A stretch of 64,000 bases of DNA from contig OW569391.1 of NCBI GenBank assembly GCA_937625935.1, positions 310,001 through 374,000 of the forward strand. Direction: 5' to 3'. This document shows, piece after piece, positions 34,835-45,387 of this stretch. A program made the translations under genes and the position numbers. Position 1 is the stretch's first letter; the number at the start of each line of letters is the position of its first letter. Origin of the DNA: Tetramitus jugosus (taxonomy: Eukaryota; Protista; Heterolobosea). The notes under the pieces are model-generated. The model was not told where the DNA came from. It was given only the letters and a program-made list of their open reading frames with translations, and ran no database searches.

Positions 34835-37800
34835 ATGAATTCAAGCGTAGGTAGTGGAGTAACTTTTGAAAGCTATCAAGCAAAGAGTACTTTCAAATCA
34901 AGGACTATATCAGCTTCCTGGCACAATGATTACCCACTGTATGCGGTATCCACAACCAACGGTGTTGTTTCATGCTACAACGAAGAGGGCGATCGATTGG
35001 ATGAGGTGAATTTGTCTCGTTCATGTGCTAGTACCACTGTCACGTGGCATCCTATTGAGCGAATATTGTGCACAGGATGGAAGGATGGAGAAATTCATGT
35101 GTATAATGATGCAGATCATTCTCATAAGCAAGTTTCACAGGGCAATAGCGATGTTTCACATTTGGGAAATGCTATAACCGCCATGAAGTGGACTCCTGAT
35201 GGGAGGCGGATGATGACTGCAGATTCAAGCGGTGTGTTTGGTATATGGGAGTTGAACAGTAGAGGAAAAATCGTTCCCATTGCCTTCCATATTACTAACA
35301 AACGAGTTACTCAATTGACCAACGATCAGATTACATTTAAGAAGACAGAATTTTCTTTGAATAGTAATCAAAACCCAAACGATGTTGATCGCAGTGCGAG
35401 AGAGGTAGACAGTTGGGTGTTTTTCTTCACGGGAGATGATGGAAAGTTGTACATGGCAGATGATTCTGGTATGTTGGCTCAATGTATTGCTAATAGTCTT
35501 ATTTTGCGTACTAATATCTCATTGAATGCTCGCTGATGTTGTTGTTAGATGATTATAAGCAAACAGCTATCGATTTGAGAGCTCCAGTTGCTTCTCTTCT
35601 CTTTCATGAGAGAAGATCAGCTTTGGTTGGTATTACACTAGAATCGGTGCTTGTGATACTGGACGTTTCTTTGGATCTAAGAATCACACAGCGATCTCGA
35701 ACAAAAATCAACTTGAGTAGCAAGAGTCCTTCTTCTGATGAGTCTCATTCGTCCTCAAAGAAACCAACGATTCAAGTGCTGTGGGTAGGAAAGAATTTAA
35801 TTGCTACAATATCGAATGAAAGGCATGTTAGGGTATGGAACTTGGAGACGGACGAGCACTGTATCCTATCGAATCATAAGATCAACGAACCGTTGTCGTA
35901 TTTTTCATTCAACTCGACAAAGAGAGTATTGGCCGCTGGAACTCTTTCTGGTTCCTTCTTCTTCTGGCAATTTGTAGGAAATGCGTCCTCTCATCAAGTC
36001 ACTGCAGCTGATAGACCAGATGAAAGAGGATCTGAAGAATGGGAGGTGTATGCTGAATACACGATTGACTCACCTGTATCCAGCATTAGTTGGGGTCCTG
36101 GAGAAGAGTTATTAGCCGTCTGTTTTGAGGATTATGTTTGTATATTACATGAATGTATTCTGAAGAAAAAGATGAGAGGAAAGTTGATTGTAGTTCAAAA
36201 TTCGGTCGACTCTGTAAGTATTGTCGATCATCAGATGGCAAAAGATTCATCTGAGATTGAGAACAAACAGAACGAGTTCATACCAAAACATGTGAAATGT
36301 AGGATAAAGATTCGACATCTGGACGTCACAGACAACTATCTAGCAATTTCAAGTGGAAGATCCATTGAGTTGTACGAAATGAGAGAAGGGATTATACGAG
36401 TTAAATCTTCGATAGAACAGTCCTCTCAATGTATGGCTTTGCACGAAGAAGGAGTATTCATTGGAAATGGCTCAAGAATTGAGATATTTAATTTATCGGG
36501 AACAAAGAAACAGACGATTCCATTCTCCGAGACTGAAGGACTTCCAACCCATATCGATATTCAAAGTGATTATATTGCTGTGGCAACCAAATACAACCGA
36601 GTTAAACTGTTTCAGGCGTCAGGTAGAGAGGCTAAACAAGTGAGTGCAGAAAAACGAATATTCTCTGATGTGATATCAGGTACAGGAATTCCATCACCCG
36701 TACGTGTAATTTCATCCGTGAGAGTGAACTGCAATGGCACGAAGATTGCCATTTTGAGCAGAATTATACAAAACTATGGTATCCAGGAGCCAAACACAGA
36801 ACTGCATATCTACGATCTAGAACAGGATAAGATTGATATATATGACTTTGCTAAGAGTATGAAGTATCCCACAGCCGTTTTTTGGGACCAAATAGAGCCT
36901 AAATTGTTCGCGGTTGAAGCAAAGAGTTTCGGAGAGTCAGATAGTGCTACCGTGCAAGGGGAATACCTACCGACTGGAATTATTTCAACGAGTACTTTGT
37001 TTGCTACGCCAGATAATGGTATCTTGTTACAGGATTCGTTTCCGTTAGACCGCAATTTTAATGGCTTAGTTGGAATAGCAGTTCCTTCTTTATACTTCTC
37101 TGTGAGAGACCAAAAGGAGGTTAAGAGTGCGAATGCTGAGAGGCGTGTAATTGTATCAAAAAAGACTGATGGGACTCCAAATAGTAACTCTCCTGTCACT
37201 CCATCATCTCCAAGCGCATCCGTTAGTTCAGGTGCTTTGATTGAACGACGAGCACTTCGAGATTTTGAAGGAATCAATATCCGTGACAACAAGACCCGTG
37301 ATGCGCTTTTACTTTTCAGCTACTATCTAACCATTGATAACATGGAGGAAGCTTACAAATCTGTGAAAACGATCAAAGATACTAACGTATGGAGCAACAT
37401 GGCTCAAATGTGTGTAAAGACGAAGAAGATGGATGTTGCTGAAATTTGTTTAGGAAATATGCTTGATGCAACAGCTGCTCGTGCTCTCAGGGAGGCCAAA
37501 GAATCTGAACCCGAGATCGAAGCACAGATTGCTACACTGGCTATTCATCTCGGATTGCTTCCTCAAGCAGAGCAGTTATACATCTCGTGTAAAAGATACG
37601 ATTTGTTGAATAAGATGTATCAGTCTGTGGGACAATGGGATAAGGCTCTACAAGTTGTGGCAATACACGATCGAATTCATCTAAAAGCTACTCATTATCA
37701 GTATGCACGTTATTTGGAGAGTATGGGAGACTTTAAAGGTGCTATAGAGCATTATGAAATATCGAACAACCATGCCTACGAAGTACCACGTATGTTGTTT

Positions 37801-39516
37801 GACTCAAATCAATTGACTGAATTGGAGAGGTATATCGCAAATAAGGTTCAACAAGACGATGAAGATATGGAAAATGGAACATATCACAAACCAATACCTA
37901 TGAACACATTCCTTACCAATAGTAAGGATGATACTACACAACTCGTAAATTGGTGGGCCCAGTATTGTGAAGGAAATTCGAATTTTGAAGAAGCTATCCA
38001 ATACTACACGAGATCGAATGATGTTCTCTCACAGGTTCGTCTTTATTGCTTCAGCGGAAATCTGAAGAAAGCAGCAGATATCGTGAAACGCTCCGGAGAT
38101 AAATCTGCGGCATATCACTTGGCTCGCCAATTGGAGATTAGTAGAAGGTATGATTACGCTATCAAGTTCTATAAACAAGCTGATGCATTCCATCATGCCA
38201 TCAGACTGGCGAAGGATCAAGATTTACCATTGGAAGTTATGAATCTTGCCCTTCAATCAACATCAAAGGTTATGATCGATGCTGCACAGTATTTCGAGGA
38301 AAGAGGGATGATGGATAAAGCAGTGATGTTGTATCAAAAAGGAGGTCGAGTTTCGCTCGCCATCGACTTATGCTTCAGAGGTCAGTTGTTTGATGTTCTG
38401 TCAGATATTGCTGATGAACTTTCGAACGAATCTAGTGAAGGAGTCATCAAGATGGACAATCCTGCCGATGCACAAGTGTTGGAGAGATGTGGTGACTTCT
38501 TTGTGCAACATGGCAAATATGAGCGAGCAGTCAATATGTTCACAAAAGCAAGACAATACGTAAAAGCATTAGAGTTATGTGCTACTAGGAATGTTCAACT
38601 GACAGAAGAGCTTGCAGAGAGTCTAACTCCACCAAAGCCTGAGGAAAAGTCGAGTTTGGAATACAAGAAGAGAAGAATAGCAATTCTGAAGAAGATAGCC
38701 AAACTAGCTGCACAGCAAGGAAATTTCAAAACATCAACAAAGAAGTATGTTCAGGCAGGAGATAAGGTGAAAGCCATGAGAGTGTTAATCAAATCTGGTG
38801 ACACAGAAAGGATTGCTTTCTTTGCTAATGTGTCTCGCCAGCGGGAATTGTACATTCTGGCGGCCAACTACATGCAAAATTTGGACTGGCAGAAGGACTC
38901 AGATATTCTCAAACAAATTATATCATTCTATACCAAGGCTAAAGCTTGGCTTAATCTGAGCAATTTTTATGAAGTGTGTTCTCAGATGGAAATTGATGAA
39001 TTTAGAAATTATGAGAAGGCCTTGGATGCTCTCAAAGACTCTTTAAAGTATTTAATGAAAGAACAAAAGCAAGGTCAAGCAAACAACTCCTCTGCTTCCA
39101 TCATGTCAGAACTGGCAGAAAGGGTATCCCAGTTGCAAACAAGGATATTCTTGGTCGAAAAGTTCATTCTTGCTCGCTCACTGTCAAACTCCAATGATAC
39201 AAAGGGTACCACAAGCGAGATTGTAACTCTATGTGAAGATTTGCTCGGAGAACCGAATATCCAGAACGCTATTCGTGTAGGGGATATATATGCTTTATTG
39301 GTTGAATGGAACTGGACAAGAAAGAAGAATGCCACTGATGCGTACAAGACTATTCGAAAGATGCTCAACGAAGAAATCGAGCTACATTACTACTTGGAGC
39401 AATTAACTGTGCAAGATATTTGCGCTGCAGCTAGTATGCCAATGGTTGAATGGGGCTATGATCAAGATGAAGTTCAGCAAGAAGAGGAGATTGAGGAAGA
39501 GATTGACGACTATTGA
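34835..39516 (+). CDS. IFT140: Intraflagellar transport protein IFT140; intron 35469-35548
   Basis: N-terminal WD40 repeats, then VWSNMAQMCVKTKKMDVAEICLGNM, DRIHLKATH, AMRVLIKSGDTERI and EIDEFRNYEKAL. The intron joins the two ORFs in frame. Confidence 0.95.
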
Positions 39517-39574
39517 AATAAACCAATATCGATTGAAACAGATGAATTGAATATTGACATTGACACGAGAACTT

Positions 39575-41239
39575 TTACTTTAGCTCTTGTTTCTGCTTCT
39601 TTGGTGCAGGTAACTGCGGTTCCTTGAAGAAGGACATTGTGGAGAAGTACCGCTTCTTAGGTTCTGGTTGGGAGAGATTTCTCTTCTGTGCATTGAGAGG
39701 ATTTTCAAGTTCGATGCCTTGAACTGGAGTGAAAGCCAAGCTGGATGCTAAACCTGTTCGAAGTTGTGTTGCTGTTCCGGATGACATGGTACTAGATGCA
39801 CTTAAACCAGGAGTTTTGCTGCCAGCAACGTTTGCACCTCTCAGAGTCTTCTTTGTCAGTGCATTCATTCTCAGTGTTCCCGATCCTTCAACACCCAACA
39901 AACCCATTCCGCTGCTCGATCCATACTGTTGATCGCCTTCTTCCTCTGCATTTGTTCCGAATGCCAATCGATTCTTCTTCTTTTGAATCTCAGATAATTT
40001 AGTCATCTCCTTCATTCTCTTGGTTTTCTTTCCTCCTCTAGTCTTCTTCTTCTTTGAATCGGGTGCAGGCAGTGGTTTGATTTGCTTGCCTTGTGATGGT
40101 TCCTGTAGTTTGAGTATGGCCGATTCAATCTGATGTCTAAAATCCTTACCGGTCGACCCATCGGGCGACGACCGACAGAGATCAACTCTCGCAGCAAGTG
40201 CACACTTGGAACCAATCATTCGACCAACTTTTTTCCTCAAATGAGGCGGCGTATCATGCAACAAATCACACTCTGCAATACAGCCAACATACTTTAAATC
40301 TGCTTGTCCGTTTGTCGTTGCAGTCATCGTTCCCAAGAACTGATTTCTCTTTTCCTTGCCCAACAATTGTAAATCAGCAGACGGAATCTTTGACAGTGCT
40401 GTTAATCCACCAGCGACACCCACCAACTGTGCAGCAATCTCCGTTCCCACAATTGCACTCAAATTCGGTGCCAAAAAGCTCATGCAAGAACTGACAAAAC
40501 TCAAAATGACTCTTCTCATCTCATCCAACTTTAGTACTTGTTGACATGCTCTCATGACTCGATCCACCAATTTTTTGACTTGATCGGAATCACTCTGTCG
40601 AAATGAACTCGTCGAAGAAGTCACACGAATAATCATGACGACAGAACTAGGTAAAATATCACTCATATCAATTGTTGATAGATCCGTTTCATGTCCAATA
40701 CGCAAAACCACACGTGCATAATCCAATGCATTCAAAACATGACTTTCCAATTCGGGAAATTTACAACTGTAGAGAGAACGAATCGTTTGGAACAAGTCTT
40801 GAATTTCATCATTGATTCGAATGATCCATTGATTACTGTGAACAATGTGTGTGTGAACATTTTGTTCTTTTATTGATTGTTCCATGGATTGGTCAGGTAG
40901 ATGTGATGATGATGATAATGAAGATGATAGAGAGGATGATATTGGTGAAGATGATGATGATGGAGGGATGAATTGATGAATTTGGTGCAAGTGATTTTGT
41001 AGTTGTTGTTGTGATGGATGGTTTGGATCGAATAGAGTTGAAAAATTGGTATCATTAATATTAGTACTATCATTATTACTGTTGTTAGTGTTGTTGTTGT
41101 TGTTGAATTTGTCTTGAACAATGGTTGAAGAAGGAGATGGTGTGTTGTGGAGAGTGGGAGAGGTGGTGTTGGTATGGATCAGTTCATCTCCTCCGGTACT
41201 ACTCTCGAAATCGGCCAAGAATTCATCTGCGAGTGACAT
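39575..41239 (-). CDS. PRPF31: U4/U6 snRNP protein Prp31
   Basis: MSLADEFLADF start, YSCKFPELES, Nop domain APNLSAIVG...KCALAARVD, and GLASSLAFTPVQGIELENP. Confidence 0.95.
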   Translation of the reverse strand: MSLADEFLADFESSTGGDELIHTNTTSPTLHNTPSPSSTIVQDKFNNNNNTNNSNNDSTNINDTNFSTLFDPNHPSQQQLQNHLHQIHQFIPPSSSSSPISSSLSSSLSSSSHLPDQSMEQSIKEQNVHTHIVHSNQWIIRINDEIQDLFQTIRSLYSCKFPELESHVLNALDYARVVLRIGHETDLSTIDMSDILPSSVVMIIRVTSSTSSFRQSDSDQVKKLVDRVMRACQQVLKLDEMRRVILSFVSSCMSFLAPNLSAIVGTEIAAQLVGVAGGLTALSKIPSADLQLLGKEKRNQFLGTMTATTNGQADLKYVGCIAECDLLHDTPPHLRKKVGRMIGSKCALAARVDLCRSSPDGSTGKDFRHQIESAILKLQEPSQGKQIKPLPAPDSKKKKTRGGKKTKRMKEMTKLSEIQKKKNRLAFGTNAEEEGDQQYGSSSGMGLLGVEGSGTLRMNALTKKTLRGANVAGSKTPGLSASSTMSSGTATQLRTGLASSLAFTPVQGIELENPLNAQKRNLSQPEPKKRYFSTMSFFKEPQLPAPKKQKQELK

Positions 41240-42713
41240 GATTGTTTTTGTGTTTGTTTGCCTTGTTGTTCAAGTTGTGTTTGATGCACAATTCAATTCA
41301 TTGGTTGAACTTTTTGTTCCGACTATGGAACTCCGAGGCAACGACCAACTACGGCAGCGATGTGACGGTTGAAACAACTGTACAAAAGATCTTGCATTTT
41401 TTTTAATGTTCCTTTGTGTGTGGAGTAGAACAACGAGCATGCACTCCAAGACTTGTTGTAGATCTCTGTAAAGGTGAGGCTATTCGGGATGTGGAAAAAT
41501 GGTGGACGGAATTTTTTTCCTCCACACGCATTTTTTTTAGATTCTCTTGCTGACGAAGCGCTTCCTCATCATCAAAAAAACGAACACACTTGCTCCAACC
41601 AACAACTCACCAAGGCTTTTTTTTCAGACGTTGAGTCATCAACCGCCAATCGCTTGCAAGACCCATCTCACATTGTCATTCATCAACGATTGACTCAAGT
41701 GAATGACTTGTCAAGCTACTTGGTAGTTGGTGACATCAAAAACGACGGTTGGTCAAAAAAGCATTGGTTGAGTTGTTGTTTATTGGGATAAGGTAAGGCT
41801 TTGGTTCAAGTCTTCGTTTTTTTTGCATTGTTGATGTAATGTTTTGTGTAGTTGGCTCCAATGGCTGACGACAAGCATTCATCATCATCACAACGACATC
41901 ATTTTTTTTTCACACAGGTAAACCATCATCATCGTGACCCAGTTTTTCACAAGTAACATTTCACTGGTTGCTAAATATCCAACAAGTATTTAGCTTTTAT
42001 CCATTCTCAAAGGATCCATTGGGAGATGTTGCTTTTCATTTTTGTGTGTGTTTGATAGTTCTTCCTACATCAACACGATAAAACTACTCAACTGCACGCA
42101 CCGATTTGTGTGAGTGCATTTGATTCCACAATCAATCTGTTGCTCGTTCTAGACAGCTTTGATGATCTCAACTACCAATCATCAACACTTTCTCTCACCT
42201 CATTATCATTTTTTTTTCATTGTGTAATGGCTCTAGCTCATTCTGAGAATGGTAGTTGTTCATGTCTCTCATCGCGATGGTTGTCAAACAGTGTTTTGAA
42301 CAACCATCGAATGCATACCTGACCTACCATCCAAGTCACTCTCCAGTAAAAACTCCAACCGCTGCGACCACTTTGGAATCGAAGGATCCAATGTGGACTG
42401 TTCTATTCTTGTCCTTGTTCTATCGTAGTGAACATTCAACGACTCAAAATCCGCTGTCACAACACAAAATCCGTGTTTCGTTTTGTAAGGCAAAGTCAAC
42501 CAGGATGCTTTTTTTGTCCGTCCGTTTCGTTGAAAAAAAACAAACACACACCATCATATCCCCATAGCGTACTTTTTATTTGAAGTCCAACCGTTGTACA
42601 TACTATCCAGCATAGCGTTCTTACCAACTTAAAGGATACTCGTTTCCTTGTCACATACCTTTCCCCCATTTTAAAATCCTTATTTCCATACGTCCCTCCC
42701 CCTGTTAACGACT

Positions 42714-44420
42714 ATGAACAACCTGTTGTCAGAGACAATATCCGGTGCGAAGAAGCTCGCAGCCGAAGAAAAAAATGATACACTGTTATCCTCTCCAGTC
42801 TCTGAAGATTCGGATGATGATTACATGGACTGTCCTGAGGACGACGAAGAGGGAGCACTTACAGTAATCGCTTCCTCTACAACAAACACAAACAGCTCCA
42901 AGAAAAAGAAGAAGAGCACTAAAAAGAAGACTTCTCGGTCCAGTGGTTCCAGAAGGACTGACCCATCTCATGTCAAGGGAGCCTGGAGTGATGCAGAAGA
43001 CCAAAAGCTGAGAGACCTTGTTGAGTTGTATGGCCCCAAGAGATGGTCACTCATTTCTCAGCAACTCCCAGGTAGAATTGGCAAGCAATGTAGAGAGAGA
43101 TGGTACAATCATTTGGACCCATCCGTGAAGAAGGATTGGTGGACACCTGAGGAGGACCGAATCATTATAGAGTACCATGAGAAGAATGGGAATCAATGGG
43201 CACAAATTGCAAAGCTTTTGCCTGGCCGACCTGCCAATGCCATTAAAAATCACTGGAATTCCACCTTGAGAAGAGTGATTGAGAAGAGCAAGGATGAAGC
43301 GATTGAAGGTGGTCATCAAACATACAAGGTTTTGCTTCCTTCTTGTCCAAAGAGAAGAAAGATGGATCCTGATGTGTCTGTTGAGGTGAGTCTCAACATG
43401 GATGGTGACTCACATCAAGAAGACACTCCTAGCTCTTCACTGTCTTCTTCGTCCAATAAGCATAAGAAGCAAAAGAGCAAGTCATCTCGATCATGTTCCA
43501 CCAAGTCCGAGATTGCCACTTCCAGCACCTCGAGAAAAAAGTCACCCAAGGCAAGTACTTCCCAAAAGAACAAGTCCAACAAGCGCAAACGATCCACATA
43601 TTCTGATGATGAAGAAGAGTATGACAGCGAGGATGAGGAGTATGATGAAACAGAAGAGGAGGAGGAAGATGATGATGATGATGAAGATGCAGAGTACAAG
43701 GCAGATGATCAAAGTGAGGAGGAAGAAGGTGATGACAATGTCGATGATGAGGAAGAGCACCAGTTGATGAAGAGAGAAGCAGCCAGCAGCACAGAATCAT
43801 CTCAACCAAAAAAGAGACAAAAGAGAACAAAGTCAGCAGAGTTGCCAACAATCACGAGTCATACCACTGATTCAGCTGAAACTACGGTTGCTCTTCACTC
43901 TGTCGATGGAATCATGTCACCTCAGGTGCCATCCACTGCCACTTATCACTCCCCTGCCAATGTACCTCACTATCCTTCCCAACATCCACTCAACAACCAA
44001 AGTCCAACATCCACTCCCTCTTCTGTACATAGTTATCCATCAAGCTCCAACAACTCTAGAACCGATTTTCCAACCATCTCCCTTCCAGTTCAGTATCCTG
44101 CTGATGGAATTCAGCCATCATCACAACCACTCTTTGTTTCTTCTCTCCCTCGAATCAGTGAGGAGCAGAAGCAAAAGATGCGGCAGTCATATTTGGAGGA
44201 CTTGTGGCGCACAACAGATGAGAGTGACAGGTCTCTGATGGCCACTCTTAAAAAGATTGCCATTCTCCGGGATCAAGAGACTACCAATAACTCGAATGGT
44301 TCGTCATCAAGGCGGTCAACTTCCAACGATGATTATGATTTGCCTTTTGATCAGTCCTTGTTCTCTGGTTTCTTTCACTTTGGCTCCCAGTCATCAAACG
44401 TGAACAGTTTTTACTTGTAG
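42714..44420 (+). CDS. R2R3-type Myb transcription factor
   Basis: [12 protein letters not shown]...[17 protein letters not shown] and WTPEEDRII...NAIKNHWNS repeats; acidic C-terminal tracts. Confidence 0.93.
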   Translation: MNNLLSETISGAKKLAAEEKNDTLLSSPVSEDSDDDYMDCPEDDEEGALTVIASSTTNTNSSKKKKKSTKKKTSRSSGSRRTDPSHVKGAWSDAEDQKLRDLVELYGPKRWSLISQQLPGRIGKQCRERWYNHLDPSVKKDWWTPEEDRIIIEYHEKNGNQWAQIAKLLPGRPANAIKNHWNSTLRRVIEKSKDEAIEGGHQTYKVLLPSCPKRRKMDPDVSVEVSLNMDGDSHQEDTPSSSLSSSSNKHKKQKSKSSRSCSTKSEIATSSTSRKKSPKASTSQKNKSNKRKRSTYSDDEEEYDSEDEEYDETEEEEEDDDDDEDAEYKADDQSEEEEGDDNVDDEEEHQLMKREAASSTESSQPKKRQKRTKSAELPTITSHTTDSAETTVALHSVDGIMSPQVPSTATYHSPANVPHYPSQHPLNNQSPTSTPSSVHSYPSSSNNSRTDFPTISLPVQYPADGIQPSSQPLFVSSLPRISEEQKQKMRQSYLEDLWRTTDESDRSLMATLKKIAILRDQETTNNSNGSSSRRSTSNDDYDLPFDQSLFSGFFHFGSQSSNVNSFYL

Positions 44421-44770
44421 CTTGTTTGGACACGAACAATCGCTGTGTGTAACATCCATCTAGGTGTTTTAGGTAATCACCATTCCCATAGGGCCTCTGT
44501 GAGTCTAAGAAGAAGAACAGTAGCAGTGTAAATTATTATAGGAGATATTTTCCATTACAAAACGTGAACTTGCAAACTTACTCTTGTGACTTACATTCCC
44601 AGTAGCTAAGCATCCTTGTTGAACAAGTCATTCCTATCAACAATAAAAAAAGCCAATTGGCAAAACGAAAAGGTGAGTGTGATTGGAGTTGTTTGATGGC
44701 ATGGTTGCGGTTTTTTCTTCTGTCCAAAAGTGCGCTGTCCCACTTCTCGAAGGCAGTTGTATTCACAAAA

Positions 44771-44841
44771 TGCATTGACCGGGAATCGAACCCGGGTCCT
44801 CAGCTTGGAAGGCTGAGATGCTGCCTCTACACCATCAATGC
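44771..44841 (-). tRNA. tRNA-Gly(TCC)
   Basis: GCATTGA TG GTGTAGAGGCAGCAT CTCAGC CT TCC AA GCTGAG GA CCCGGG TTCGATT CCCGG TCAATGC A. Confidence 0.93.
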
Positions 44842-44865
44842 TCATTGTATTCAATGAATTTTAGG

Positions 44866-45224
44866 CATTTGTCCCCGTTTTTGTCCCCGTTCCGGGGAAG
44901 GGCTGCGGGCGTAGTTGATTGAACCAAGAAAGAGTGTATTAGAGAGTTGCAAGTTGTTCACCACGTCCAAGGAGCCCAGACAAAGAATGGACACAAACAA
45001 GAACCGTCTTCCAAAACTCGCCTCGTTAACCCGGTGCTGCACAAAGGGAAGAACCCGGTTGGGTTAACAAAATTAGCGGGCCATACCACTATCTGAAGGC
45101 GAGGAAAGCTGAAGGCGAACAAGGGCTAGTCGTCAAGAATCAATCAAGTGCGGCAAGCAACAGAGAACGAACATCCCCAAAAAGCCGCACAACTCCCAGA
45201 GAAAAGAAATAAAAACTGACGAGA
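44866..45224. mobile_element. Putative about 360-bp non-coding insertion upstream of tRNA-Gly
   Basis: Relatively GC-rich block flanked by direct repeat GAATTTTAGG (44856-44865 and 45225-45234), with internal repeats TGTCCCCGTT x2 and CTGAAGGCGA x2. Confidence 0.45.
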
Positions 45225-45387
45225 GAATTTTAGGTCACAAATAATTGCCAAAATAACATATCGCGTGAATTGATATTTCCTGGAACCGACTTCAGTACTT
45301 AATTGGTACCACATGGGTCCATTTTTGTTGCCCAGCCATTCCTTGGGACGTTATCCAAGATCTAACTAACGATTGTGTACCCTTCAG

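Noticed and set aside
17999-41239. Splicing factors SYF2 and PRP31 near the microexon gene
   Set aside because: Separated by many unrelated housekeeping genes; no evidence of functional linkage.
41300-42700. Long ORF-poor interval between PRP31 and Myb
   Set aside because: Most simply a divergent promoter and 5'UTR; no ncRNA structure identified.
45080-45235. CTGAAGG/CTGACGAG motifs as a hammerhead ribozyme
   Set aside because: I could not assemble the stems and GAAA core.
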